A stretch of 45,229 nucleotides of DNA from Chlorokybus atmophyticus (Eukaryota; Plantae; Mesostigma and Chlorokybus algae): contig RHPI01003053.1 of assembly GCA_009103225.1 (NCBI GenBank), positions 35,763 through 80,991 of the forward strand. The letters run 5' to 3'. Position numbers and translations under genes: made by a program. The first letter of the stretch is position 1; the number at the start of each line of letters is the position of its first letter. The notes beneath the pieces are model-generated. The model searched no databases. It saw nothing but the letters and a program-made list of their open reading frames with translations, and was not told where the DNA came from. Of the stretch, positions 35,325-45,229 are shown in pieces.

Positions 35325-36601
35325 AAATTGATAATTGTCACATGTTGCTACTTATACACTTTATTCAACAATGCAAGCTAATTCATCTCCACGGTGTGGC
35401 ATATGCATAATTCTTCGGCCTTTGAGTTAAAGGACTAGATCATGTGGCATGCTTGATAAAAGGCCCACGAGTTCTTGTGTGTGCCTGCCAAGCATGGCTT
35501 GCACATTGGTTGTGTGCATTACGTATGTCTTATCAACATCAGCATCTCTATCGTTTCAAAAGTCCAAGGTTTATGTATCAACAACGCTAGTACATGCACC
35601 TTTAACCATGGCACAATATATCGAAGAAAAACGACTAGACTCAACGTGCCACAGCATGCCATATCCGCAGCAACATAACACACAAACATATTATCATATG
35701 GCTCACAGCGTGTTTGTGCAAACATATTGCTAACCATGCCTATAACAAGTTCCGCTCCGCAGCTGCGGCGAGCATGGCGTTTTCCTCCATTGTCACTATG
35801 AGCATCGGCTTGGGACCCCGCTCAGGCACAGCCGCCACCACGGCGCCGTGCTTGCGAGGATCGCAAGTCCTTGCGCTCGCTGGAGCGCGCATGTCAGACG
35901 CTATTGCTAATTGGTCAAAATTCCTGGTAGACAGCGACGTGGCAGTCCCTGCACGTCGAGCAATATAACCATGTGTACCACATGCCTTTCAATCGACCCC
36001 GCCTTACACATCACTTAACGCACAATAGCCGCACGCTTTTTGCTTGATACAACCCCCTTTGGCGAGCCAATTGTCAATGGCTTAAGTCTATAACGTGGTA
36101 TAGAGTGGTATAGAGTGGTCAGCGATGTGCTCGCAAGCAGCATAACAACGCCTTGCTCAACACACAGTGCGAGAACTTTGAGCGTTTTGGTAACTTTGGG
36201 CGTTTAGTACAGGCACGTACAACAGAATACTCCATGTAAATAATTGTTGATTCACCAAGAATGTTCATGAGAGGAGAGAACATAATGTTTTACCAACAGC
36301 TTGCTTGCCGGTTGCTTCTGTGACCCCTTCTTGCGTGCACCTTCAGCATGCGTTTGACACTTTTTGCAGTTTTAAGTTGACGGCATCAAGTGTTGAAACT
36401 GCTCCTTTTCAGACTGGCTTCTTCTTCTTCACGACAAACAATAGCTTTCTCCCCATGCAATAGCAACTGCCGCTGTGCTTGACGTGACAGACACTGCGCA
36501 AGTTGAGCAGGTCGAGCGGGGCGTGTATGTTTCTGGGTGTGTCACTTGGTGTGGTGCATTGCAGCCAACGCTGACTATTGATTGTGTGGGTTGTAGCGGA
36601 C
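35325..36601 (+). repeat. ~1.3-kb dispersed repeat, copy 2, cut by the DNMT-Gypsy insertion
   Basis: Homology to 21890-23171 stops at gtagcggac, and tgtcatgcc (LTR start) follows immediately. Confidence 0.93.
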
Positions 36602-37463
36602 TGTCATGCCATCTACCCTCGCATGCCAGTTCTTCTCAAGCATGCCTACACCCAGCCCCACGCCCGGGCTACCAGCATGAAGACCGCGCGAGCCTCAGCC
36701 TACTGCTAGCTACTGTACCACTCATGTAGCATGTAGCTAGGGCTACTTTATAGACCTGTCTGTAGGGACCGCGCGTAGCTGATCAGTTGTAAGTCTGTTA
36801 AGAACACATGTGCTATATCGAGTCTTAGGAGATTTCCGAAATAGCATGAGGCCTCGATGTGACCGTTGGCCTAATGCCCGCGTGGCACTGCACAGTCATG
36901 ATTTGACATGTATAAGTAGGAAGTCACGTCACCAGACTGGCTGGTGACACTGTAAGTGAGTACTAGGAGTACTAGGAGTACTAAGAAGTAAAGACTCTGT
37001 TTCTAAAGAGCTTGTGAAGCGACTTGAACTGGAAGCACGCTGCCCCGGTTGCCAAGAATTCCCTTACTGCGTGAGACACGGTGCATGCTCTTGTGCGCTG
37101 TGCCTGCCATTGCTGTGAGCTTGACGGTGGTGTGTTGTTTCAGTAGTCAGGGTGTTGTATCCACGTGTTGCACACTCATTCACCTCACTTAACAGTGTAT
37201 CATTCTATCCACTCATGCAAAGAACTGTGTCCACAGCACTACCTATCGTAGTGGCTTGTTGACTTACAGTGTCACCCTCTTTGCACAAGTGAGTGTGTTG
37301 CAATCTGCATCAGATAGTGCAGTCTGCACCCAGGGATACATCGCTGGGCATTCGTTATCATTGTTATCACATAGTGCGCACAAGCACTAGTGTTGGGTGG
37401 TAACAGCATCAGGATAGACGGTAGAGCACAAGCACTCTACCCTTTCACCTCTGGACCAGCTGT
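36602..37463 (+). repeat. 5' LTR plus leader of the DNMT-Gypsy element (LTR 3' boundary not resolved)
   Basis: Begins TGTCATGCC; homologous to 833-1660 and 27750-28388; contains 3x GAGTACTAR at 36958-36984. No canonical PBS recognised. Confidence 0.8.
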
Positions 37464-40400
37464 ATGAGCAGGCCCACCCCGTTCTCCCCAATAGACGAGG
37501 GTGACCTCAGCAGTTGGAGCCCAACCACCAACCTCACCTACGAGCGGACCAGTGACGGAAGCATCGACCGCAGCAGCAGAGGCTCGCGCTCCATCTCCAG
37601 CTTCACCCCGCTCCACTCTACTCCTCGTCATCCAGCTTCTCCACTATCATCGGACGGCGACGACAACGAGATGGAATCTTCCAGTTCAACCACATCCCTG
37701 CGCTTCTCCGGACGTGCCGGCACCACCTCGCTGGATGAGTTCATCATCAAGTTCCACTCCAAGATGCGGCAGCAAGCACTGAAGAACAAAGACTGGTCAG
37801 ATGAGATCTCTTTCCACATTGCTGCTCAGTATCTTGATCATGAAGCACACGATGTCTGGAAGTCCGTTGCTGAACTGCATCGAGTAGACGGCTATGGCGA
37901 GCTTGCCAGCACCATAGCATCTGCATCCCTGCATCGTCCAGCAGGTGTCATTCCACCTGCCACTTCAGTTGCAGTAACAGGCTTGACCATAGCTGCAGCT
38001 CTCAAGCAGGCAGAGGAGGAGGAACCAGAGTTGGTACTGGTCTACTTGACCCCTGCAGAAGTTGAGTATAAAGAGGCCACACGTCGAGTCCGCATCCTTG
38101 ACCGTTCTGCCATTATCATTGAGGAACAAAAAGCTGTACAGCAAGCGGCAGCCGCAGAGTGGGGTACTCCTCTACCTCCAGCAACACCTGGCTCTCGTGC
38201 AGGAGGCAGCGCTTTCACCCTCGGGTCAGTAGCACTGCGCGCACCAGCCATCACCGTAGGTGCTGCCATCTCTGATTCTCCACTCAAGGACCTGTACGCT
38301 GCCCTGCGCCGTACCTTCCCTCCTCAGACCACCAGCAAGGTTGAGGAGCTGAGACGCTTCCGACGCAAGCCCAATGAGGATCCCCTCCGCTTGTACTCCA
38401 GACTGGAAGGTCTGCTGAAGGACACTGACTACAAGATTGTCAGTGAGGAGGCTGCTGCAGTGATATACGTCAATGAGTTGGATGCTGCTCTGAGCGAGTC
38501 GACACGCCTGACTCTGAACTACAGCAGGCCCCTTGGCTACACCCTCAAAGAAGCCTTCGAGACTGCACAAGCCATCCACAAGCGCTTGGTGTATGAGAAG
38601 GCAGTGCTGGACACCAACCGCAGCGCCGTACGGCCTGTAGTCAGCACGACAACTGAGCCTCCTCGCCGCGACCGTGGCCGGGACGCTCCACCAGCACGCG
38701 ACAAAGGGAAACGGTCAGCTCATGCTGCACTTGCTGCCCCTGTGCTGTGTCATCGCTGTGGACGGCATGGGCACTACCAAAAGGAGTGCACCGAAGAATA
38801 CTCAACTTTGGTTTGCGACCACTGTCACAAGACTGGTCATTTGGAGTCAGTCTGCTGGCTCAAGTTCTCAAAGTTGAGGCCCGCCAACAGCTACAACCAC
38901 AACTACCTCGGTGGCTACAACAGAAACAACACCGGGGGCCACACTGGCAACAACTTCAGTGGCTACAACAGCAACAACACTGGGGGCCACACTGGCAACC
39001 ACTTCAGTGGCTACAATAGCAACAACACTGGAGCCCACAACAGCAACAACGCTGGTGGCAACAACAACAACAACAACAACGCCAGTGTTCGCAAGGAAGA
39101 GCAAGGCTACAGGGGGAAGAACAGACCTCGTCAGCGTAAGGGACCAGAGACACGTCCGCGCGCTGCTGCTGTTGCCGCCAAGGCTTCAGCCAACCCACCA
39201 GCTGATGACCATATGGCAGCCCTCATGGCACATATGGCACGCTTGGAGGAAGACAAGGAGCAGGACTACCGCGCCTGCTACGCTGCCCGATGGGCGCTGA
39301 TGGCTGCAAAACGCGAGAGAGACAGGAACACTCCGTCCCGCGTGCAACCATCACGACGAGCACGAGGGGAAGCTGCAACAACATCAGCAGGCACCTCCTC
39401 CGAAGCCACCAGTGGTGCTGCCTCCGCAGCGACAGCCACACCGGCTACAACGTCGACTCCACCAACGTCAGCAGTACCCACTCCAGTTGCACCACAATCT
39501 GGTACACCGGTGGGCACCGTGACGCCGACGCTGGTGAGCACACTGGCAGCAGCCGCCATCACTACCGAATCTGCACCAGTGGGCGGTGCACTTCCCACTG
39601 CAGCAATGCCTCTGTCCGTAGGCGTTAAGACAACTCTCGCACCACCGACCGATACCGTCGCAACTGCCACAATGGCCATCGTCGAGCCCGCTGTCTCTGC
39701 AGCAACGCGCGCAGCCACTCTGCCCGCTCTCGACGTCACTCAGGCTGTCCCAACTGGTCAGCAAGCTGAACGAGCATGGGAAACCATCCTGCGCGGAGCA
39801 GACCCCACTACCATCGCCTTCGGTCGGGGGGGGGAGCGCACCACGCGTGTCGCCCGCGATAATCGCGTCTTCCCGCTACCAGAGGTTCACACCCTTCCAG
39901 CACTCACTCAACACCAGTTAGAAGATGAGATCCTTGCTGGCACTGCACCTCCGATGCGTGACAGGGTGTTTTTGATCAGCTACAGCCCACCTGTAGTGTT
40001 GGAGTTGGGTCTGCAGCTGTTCTGGGCGTTGCACAACAACATGCAGACCGCCCCGCGCCAGCCTGCACGCATGCCAACCACCACCTTTGAACCCAGCCCG
40101 TTGGACACGTATCGGGACCGCCGAGACGCCGTCCAGCAGCGCATCGCCGACGCAGCCAACCTGCCTTTGGGCACTGATGAAGCACTCGGACCTCCTACAA
40201 CTGCTCGTCTTCATCAGCGCTACCACGCACTGGAACAAGCATATCATTGGCGACAGGATCAAGCTGCCGCCATTGCTGCACGTGAGCAAGCTCTTGAAGC
40301 TACACGTGCACCAATACCTCAGTCACCAACTGCTGGTCCATCCTCCAGCACCACTCCGCTCTTCGTCGAGACCAACTCTGACCAAGCGAGGGCGTTGGCT

Positions 40401-43400
40401 CAACAAACCAGGGGGGTGATCGCCCCGTTGCTGCCTGCGCTGGTGGAGGATCTACCTGAGGACCAAAGGGAGCCAGGGAGGGGCTACCTTACACCACAAG
40501 GGTGTACGCAAAGAGATGGAGCAGGACTGGTTGGAGAGCAACAACTACGCACTGCTCTGTTGCGACAAGCAACCATGCTGCATCGTCAAGAAGGCATTGG
40601 ACTCCGGCAGATGCTTGGGATGCGAGACAATGGAAACTCGGCACGCGCACGGTTAGTGACGTGGCTGGTCACCAACCATCCCGCAGTCCCGTTGTTCGCT
40701 TTCGGCGCCAGAATAGCGTGGGTGGACGCATTCCTTCGCTCCATACGACAAGCCTATGATGAAGTGGCTTCCGCCGCCACCGACACTCTGGAGGGAGCTC
40801 TGGAGGCGATACTGAGTTTGCCAGGAGTGGAGGCAGGACGTCAGCGCAGGCGCATCGCCGCTGCTTACGAGCAGCATGTCCAACAGCCAGAGACCCGCCT
40901 CACTGTACGCACACGAGCAATAACAGTGCTGAAAGTGGGAGTGGTCAACGGCAGATGGGATGCTTACATGGCAGGGATCCTCAGGGTGCCCACCATCACT
41001 CACGACATGGGGGCGCGGCTCCTACGCGCAGTGTACCTGCAGCCCATGCCTCAGAACCATCGCTATATAGACTTGGACAACAATGCGACGGCGACATGGG
41101 AAGGTACACTAGTCAGAGAGGCAGCCCATGCTGTGCGATGGACCTATGCAGAGGAGCAGGCTGCACGAGAGGCAGTCCCGCAAACACCAGGTCCTCCAGG
41201 GTTCCCGCCACAGCCACTGGCCACTCCTCCTGGCATGACAACAGCTGCACAGAGGGTCAACCCTCCTGCACCTCCACTTGGACAGGTTGCAGCAGCACCT
41301 CCAGTGCCTAGGCCACCACGCGTGTACCAGCAACCGCGACAAGGACGGTTTGGACAAAGCCGAGGACAAGGAGGCCCACAAGATCCAGCAGGCAGAGGAG
41401 CCCTGGCTGCCCTACGGTCAGGCCCCACAGATGAGAGTAAAGCAACAGTCTCTCCACGCAAGAGGTTCCGTCGCTTCAAGAGGCTGCGCATCAACGCCAA
41501 TGCAGCCATGATCGCCAACCAAGGCAAGCACGTGACCGTCAATGGGCGGGCACCCAAACGCGTGATGCTGGACACTGGAGCACAGCCTGTCATCATTGGG
41601 CGCTATCTCGCACGAGATCTCGGCATCACCAGCGCTGAGCTGCTTCCCTGTCCCTACCAGCTGGACACCGCAACCGGCAACCGCGACAAGGTACTCGGCC
41701 TTACCAAGCAGGCTGTGAGCATCCGCCTCACCGGACTAAACCCTTCCCACAGCACCGAGATTGTACAAAGGTGTGTGGTCACCGATGCCGGGTTCTTTGA
41801 CCTACTGTTGGGACAGGACTGCAACTTCCCTGTCGGCATGGGGCTGGACTGCTGGACTGAGCAGGCATGGTTTCGACCACATTGGGATGAGGATGATGGA
41901 GAGGAGCAGGGATTCCTACCTCTCGAATTGGTGGCCAAGGCCCACTCGCAACGAAGATCGGCCGCAGCAGCCAACTACAATTCTACAAAACGCTCACGTG
42001 TGCCTCGTGCCCGAACGCAGCCAAGGACAACTGCAACGAGCTCGAGCCCGAGCCTAAACGCTGAAGAGGACTCTCATACACCGTACGATGAGTCTCAGAA
42101 AACTGTCACCAAAGAAGTGGCCTTTCAGGAGCCATCCGAGCGTCGCTGGAGCGCACAAGTAGCAGCACACATGCTGCTGACCAGGCCTCAGCTCACTGCA
42201 CACTTCCCTGTCTACAAAGACCAGGCTACAGTGCAGGAGCAGTACCATATAGCTACGGGAGTTGTGGAGTTCCACATGTTCCGCCGACAACAAGGCATCA
42301 CTGTGCTGGAGCTGTTCGGAGGCATAGGCAGTGGGCTTGCGGCTGTCCTCAACACAGGAACAACAGTCACCAAGTACCTCTACTGTGACCCTGACCCTCA
42401 TGCACAGGAGGCTCTGAGCCATCATTTACGACAGCTGCACCAGCGCTACCCGCAGCAGCTACCGATGTCGGCACTGCAAGGGAGCCAGAAGGCTCTACCG
42501 CAGGACATCCGCTGGATTACCAAGGATCACCTGCAGGCAGTCGGCAACATTGACCTGCTGATAGCAGGATGGGAGTGTCAAGGGCACTCCAGGGCAGGCA
42601 GAGGCCAAGGGCTCTCTGATCCTCGCTCACAGCTGTTCTGGGAGCTAATGAGAGTCATCAAACTCCTACAGACCAGTCAGATTGCTAGACCCTTGGGGTA
42701 CATCATCGAGAATGTGCACTCCGAGGATGACAAGCGGCATCACGTCGCCAGGGCCTATCGGCAAGTATGCTCCTTGCTGGGGCATCCTCTCAAAATCAAT
42801 GCCGCGCGTCATGGATCTCGTGCACACCGCGTCCGCACCAAGTGGACCAACCTGGCCATTGTGGAAGACTTGTTTCTGGCAGAGTACCTATACAGCAATC
42901 GGCCACGAAATCTCGTCGTCGATGACATCCTGGACCCTGGACGCACAGCGCAACCAGTTACACGCCTTGACCCTCACCACTTCTACCAGTGCAACCAGCC
43001 TGGTCAGCCGCGCCGCGCGCTACCTACACTTGTATCCTATCCGGGCTCCTACGCGTTCCGCAATGCAGGCGACGGCATGGTGTTAGACTCCAACACTGGA
43101 CAGCTGGAAGAACCCAACGCTCGTGAGCGCGAGCGTGCTATGGGATTCTTTCCAGGCAGCATCACAGGCTCCACACTGACAACCAGTCAACAATGTCAGT
43201 TGTTAGGCTGCGCCATGGATCGAAACAGCATGGTGTGGTACTTGGAAATGTGCTTTGCTCTCCAGGACCGCCATGTGTCCTTCCAGGAGCTCGAACACCT
43301 GGTTGGGGGGTGGATTGCTCGCTTTTCAGAGACCAAAGAAGCACACACCGCCCTCGAGACCGCCCACATGGAGGAGCAGGCAGCAGTCATTGTGGAAGAC

Positions 43401-43664
43401 ATTCCAGTGGTCGCCAACGCTACCTCGTGGTCCCACGCCATTGGACCGCTGGCCACAGGCCAGACTCGAGAGCAACTCGAGGCTCTCCTCAACAAGTGGA
43501 GGAGCCAATTCAGCTTCAGTGTGAAGGAGCTGGGCATCTGCTCAGCATACCAGATGGACATTGAACTAGTGGACACCGAACCGGTGTTCAGAAGACAGTA
43601 CCGCCTCTCCAAGCTAGAAGAAGAGTTGGTGGAACAGAGGTGCAAGGCGCTGCTGATGAGATGA
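37464..43664 (+). CDS. Gag - protease - C5 DNA methyltransferase polyprotein (2066 aa)
   Basis: Knuckles CHRCGRHGHYQKEC (38748) and CDHCHKTGHLESVC (38814); protease MLDTGA (41571); DNMT motifs (next feature); pre-RT YRLS motif near the end. Confidence 0.95.
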   Translation: MSRPTPFSPIDEGDLSSWSPTTNLTYERTSDGSIDRSSRGSRSISSFTPLHSTPRHPASPLSSDGDDNEMESSSSTTSLRFSGRAGTTSLDEFIIKFHSKMRQQALKNKDWSDEISFHIAAQYLDHEAHDVWKSVAELHRVDGYGELASTIASASLHRPAGVIPPATSVAVTGLTIAAALKQAEEEEPELVLVYLTPAEVEYKEATRRVRILDRSAIIIEEQKAVQQAAAAEWGTPLPPATPGSRAGGSAFTLGSVALRAPAITVGAAISDSPLKDLYAALRRTFPPQTTSKVEELRRFRRKPNEDPLRLYSRLEGLLKDTDYKIVSEEAAAVIYVNELDAALSESTRLTLNYSRPLGYTLKEAFETAQAIHKRLVYEKAVLDTNRSAVRPVVSTTTEPPRRDRGRDAPPARDKGKRSAHAALAAPVLCHRCGRHGHYQKECTEEYSTLVCDHCHKTGHLESVCWLKFSKLRPANSYNHNYLGGYNRNNTGGHTGNNFSGYNSNNTGGHTGNHFSGYNSNNTGAHNSNNAGGNNNNNNNASVRKEEQGYRGKNRPRQRKGPETRPRAAAVAAKASANPPADDHMAALMAHMARLEEDKEQDYRACYAARWALMAAKRERDRNTPSRVQPSRRARGEAATTSAGTSSEATSGAASAATATPATTSTPPTSAVPTPVAPQSGTPVGTVTPTLVSTLAAAAITTESAPVGGALPTAAMPLSVGVKTTLAPPTDTVATATMAIVEPAVSAATRAATLPALDVTQAVPTGQQAERAWETILRGADPTTIAFGRGGERTTRVARDNRVFPLPEVHTLPALTQHQLEDEILAGTAPPMRDRVFLISYSPPVVLELGLQLFWALHNNMQTAPRQPARMPTTTFEPSPLDTYRDRRDAVQQRIADAANLPLGTDEALGPPTTARLHQRYHALEQAYHWRQDQAAAIAAREQALEATRAPIPQSPTAGPSSSTTPLFVETNSDQARALAQQTRGVIAPLLPALVEDLPEDQREPGRGYLTPQGCTQRDGAGLVGEQQLRTALLRQATMLHRQEGIGLRQMLGMRDNGNSARARLVTWLVTNHPAVPLFAFGARIAWVDAFLRSIRQAYDEVASAATDTLEGALEAILSLPGVEAGRQRRRIAAAYEQHVQQPETRLTVRTRAITVLKVGVVNGRWDAYMAGILRVPTITHDMGARLLRAVYLQPMPQNHRYIDLDNNATATWEGTLVREAAHAVRWTYAEEQAAREAVPQTPGPPGFPPQPLATPPGMTTAAQRVNPPAPPLGQVAAAPPVPRPPRVYQQPRQGRFGQSRGQGGPQDPAGRGALAALRSGPTDESKATVSPRKRFRRFKRLRINANAAMIANQGKHVTVNGRAPKRVMLDTGAQPVIIGRYLARDLGITSAELLPCPYQLDTATGNRDKVLGLTKQAVSIRLTGLNPSHSTEIVQRCVVTDAGFFDLLLGQDCNFPVGMGLDCWTEQAWFRPHWDEDDGEEQGFLPLELVAKAHSQRRSAAAANYNSTKRSRVPRARTQPRTTATSSSPSLNAEEDSHTPYDESQKTVTKEVAFQEPSERRWSAQVAAHMLLTRPQLTAHFPVYKDQATVQEQYHIATGVVEFHMFRRQQGITVLELFGGIGSGLAAVLNTGTTVTKYLYCDPDPHAQEALSHHLRQLHQRYPQQLPMSALQGSQKALPQDIRWITKDHLQAVGNIDLLIAGWECQGHSRAGRGQGLSDPRSQLFWELMRVIKLLQTSQIARPLGYIIENVHSEDDKRHHVARAYRQVCSLLGHPLKINAARHGSRAHRVRTKWTNLAIVEDLFLAEYLYSNRPRNLVVDDILDPGRTAQPVTRLDPHHFYQCNQPGQPRRALPTLVSYPGSYAFRNAGDGMVLDSNTGQLEEPNARERERAMGFFPGSITGSTLTTSQQCQLLGCAMDRNSMVWYLEMCFALQDRHVSFQELEHLVGGWIARFSETKEAHTALETAHMEEQAAVIVEDIPVVANATSWSHAIGPLATGQTREQLEALLNKWRSQFSFSVKELGICSAYQMDIELVDTEPVFRRQYRLSKLEEELVEQRCKALLMR
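42294..43260 (+). other. DNMT3-like C5 cytosine methyltransferase domain within the polyprotein
   Basis: Motif I VLELFGGIG (42315), IV DLLIAGWECQG (Cys 42576), V GLSDPRSQLF, VI YIIENV (42708), VIII AHRVRTKWTNL (42828), IX ERERAMGF (43125), X LLGCAM (43206); non-permuted order. Confidence 0.92.
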
Positions 43665-45229
43665 GGGCCTGATCGAGGAGTCCACATCGGACTTTGCGGC
43701 CGCGACCGTCATGCCCCTGAAGAAAGATTCAGCAGGCAACTGGACAGACCGGCGCATGTGTGGCGACTATCGCCCCCTCAACAACAAGACCAAGCAGGAC
43801 CGGTATCCAATGCCTACCGCAGAAGGCATCTTTGACGATGTAGGAGACTGCACGGTCTTTAGTATCCTGGATATGCGCCAAGGGTACAACCAGATCGCCA
43901 TCAAGGAGGAGGACAAGCACAAGACTTCCTTCTGGGGAAACCGGCAGCTGTACCAGTGGAAGGTCATGCCCTTCGGGCTGAAGAACGCTCCGGCCAAGTT
44001 CCAGCGCGTCATGGACAAAGCCCTCAAGGGGTTGGACTTCGCACGCTGCTACATCGACGACATCCTCATCTTCAGTCACAGCAATGAGGAGCATCTCCAG
44101 CACATCGAAGAGGTGCTACAGAGGCTGAAGGAAGTCGGGATGACGGTGCACCCTGACAAGTGCACCTTCTTCACCCACAAGGTACCCTACCTAGGACACA
44201 TGATTGTGCCCCATGGTGTGTACGTACAGCAGGCCAAAGTGGAGGCACTGGTGGCTATCCCTGCCCCCACAGACCTCACGCGGCTGCGGGCCTTCCTCGG
44301 CCTTGCCAACTATTACCGACGGTTTGTCAAAGACTTTGCCAAGATCGCAAGGCCTCTCAGCGAACTACTGAAGAAGGACACCGAGTTCTTGTGGAAGGAG
44401 GCACAACAGGAGGCCTTTCAGGAACTGAAGCTCCGCCTCACCACAGCTCCCATTCTGCAACGCCCTGACTACACCAGGTCGTTCATCCTGCACACAGACT
44501 GGAGCAAGCTCGGCATGGGGGCCGTGCTCGTACAGCATGACAACAACAAGAAGGAGCGCGTAGTGTCGTACGCCAGCCGCAGCAACAACAGTGCTGAGGC
44601 CAACTACAGCAGCTACGAAGGGGAGTGTCTCGCCGCAGTGTGGGCCATCTCCTTCTTCCGACCCTTCCTGTTTGGACGGCAGTTCCAACTGGTCACTGAC
44701 CATCAACCCCTCAAGTGGCTAATGAACAACCAGCACTTGACAGGAAAGTTAGCACGATGGGCGCTGCTGCTCCAGGAGTACGACTTCGAGGTGGAACACC
44801 GCGCAGGCCTTGCCAACCAGGATGCGGATGGCCTCAGCCGTAACCCCCACCTCAGCACCAACGACGCCACAGGCGCCCGACATGAGTTGGGTCCTACAGC
44901 TGCACCTGCAGGTGTGGCCACCATGTTCGCTGTCGCTGCGCTACGCTCAGGACGCAGGACTCAGATCGCTGAGGCAGCAGCAGACGGGGACATGCCCGCT
45001 CTCGAGCCCGCCATCACCACCACCGATCCTTTATCAGAAGAAGCAATCGCTGCCGACCCTGAGGTGGATGATGAGGAGCTGGCACCCACCGACACACGAC
45101 AAGACATCTGGCTGGACGAGCCATCCCTTGCACTGCTTCAGACCAGACAACTTCCAGCAGGCATGAGCGCACGCGAGAAGGACCGCGTCCGACAACGCAC
45201 TCAGCGTTACCGCTGGGCCAACGACAGGC
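43660..45229 (+). CDS. Reverse transcriptase - RNase H (+1 frame relative to ORF1; open to window end)
   Basis: DEGLIEESTS, RMCGDYRPLN, LDMRQGYNQI, MPFGLKNAP, YIDD (44050-44061), HTDWSKLGMGAVL, YEGECLA, TDHQPLKWL; no stop seen before 45229. Confidence 0.94.

Larger units (their letters stand above)
36602..45229 (+). mobile_element. Ty3/Gypsy LTR retrotransposon encoding a cytosine DNA methyltransferase (3' end outside window)
   Basis: LTR start defined by the empty-site paralog and two other LTR copies. Domain order gag-PR-DNMT-RT-RH (Gypsy order). Confidence 0.95.

Noticed and set aside
36945-36949. TGACA as the LTR 3' end (perfect inverse of TGTCA)
   Set aside because: No PBS follows and homology between copies continues; kept only as a possibility.
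39278-44706. Minus-strand ORFs over the DNMT element
   Set aside because: Antisense shadows with no recognisable motifs.

Overview
Eukaryotic nuclear DNA, probably from a green (streptophyte/charophyte-like) alga; this is inferred, not shown. The window is a nest of transposable elements around one intact host gene. The main feature is a Ty3/Gypsy LTR retrotransposon (36602 to window end, +) whose 2066-aa first ORF has Gag with two zinc knuckles, a long unexplained region, an aspartic protease and then a complete DNMT3-like C5 cytosine methyltransferase domain, followed after a frameshift by RT and RNase H. Decayed relatives of the same family occur at 0.8-3.0, 11.0-12.2/18.4-19.2, 27.7-28.4 and 35.2-35.3 kb. 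One of them shows an integrase ending in a PHD finger, so the inferred family layout is Gag-PR-DNMT-RT-RH-INT-PHD. DNMT-bearing Gypsy elements have been reported from charophytes, so the class is not new; the WEC catalytic motif, the PHD tail and the ~800-aa insert merit checking. Also present: a full-length chromovirus (12209-18379, -) with both LTRs, PBS, PPT and TSD that splits the older integrase; a ~580-bp TRIM-like element inside a LINE remnant; two Copia remnants; an orphan LTR with PBS; a perfect 57-bp inverted repeat; a palindrome array; and a 9-exon EXORDIUM/PHI-1-like gene (24411-26444, -, 379 aa) rebuilt by hand from splice sites. Three single-N joins (5727, 8364, 30820) sit in simple repeats, so contiguity across them is uncertain.
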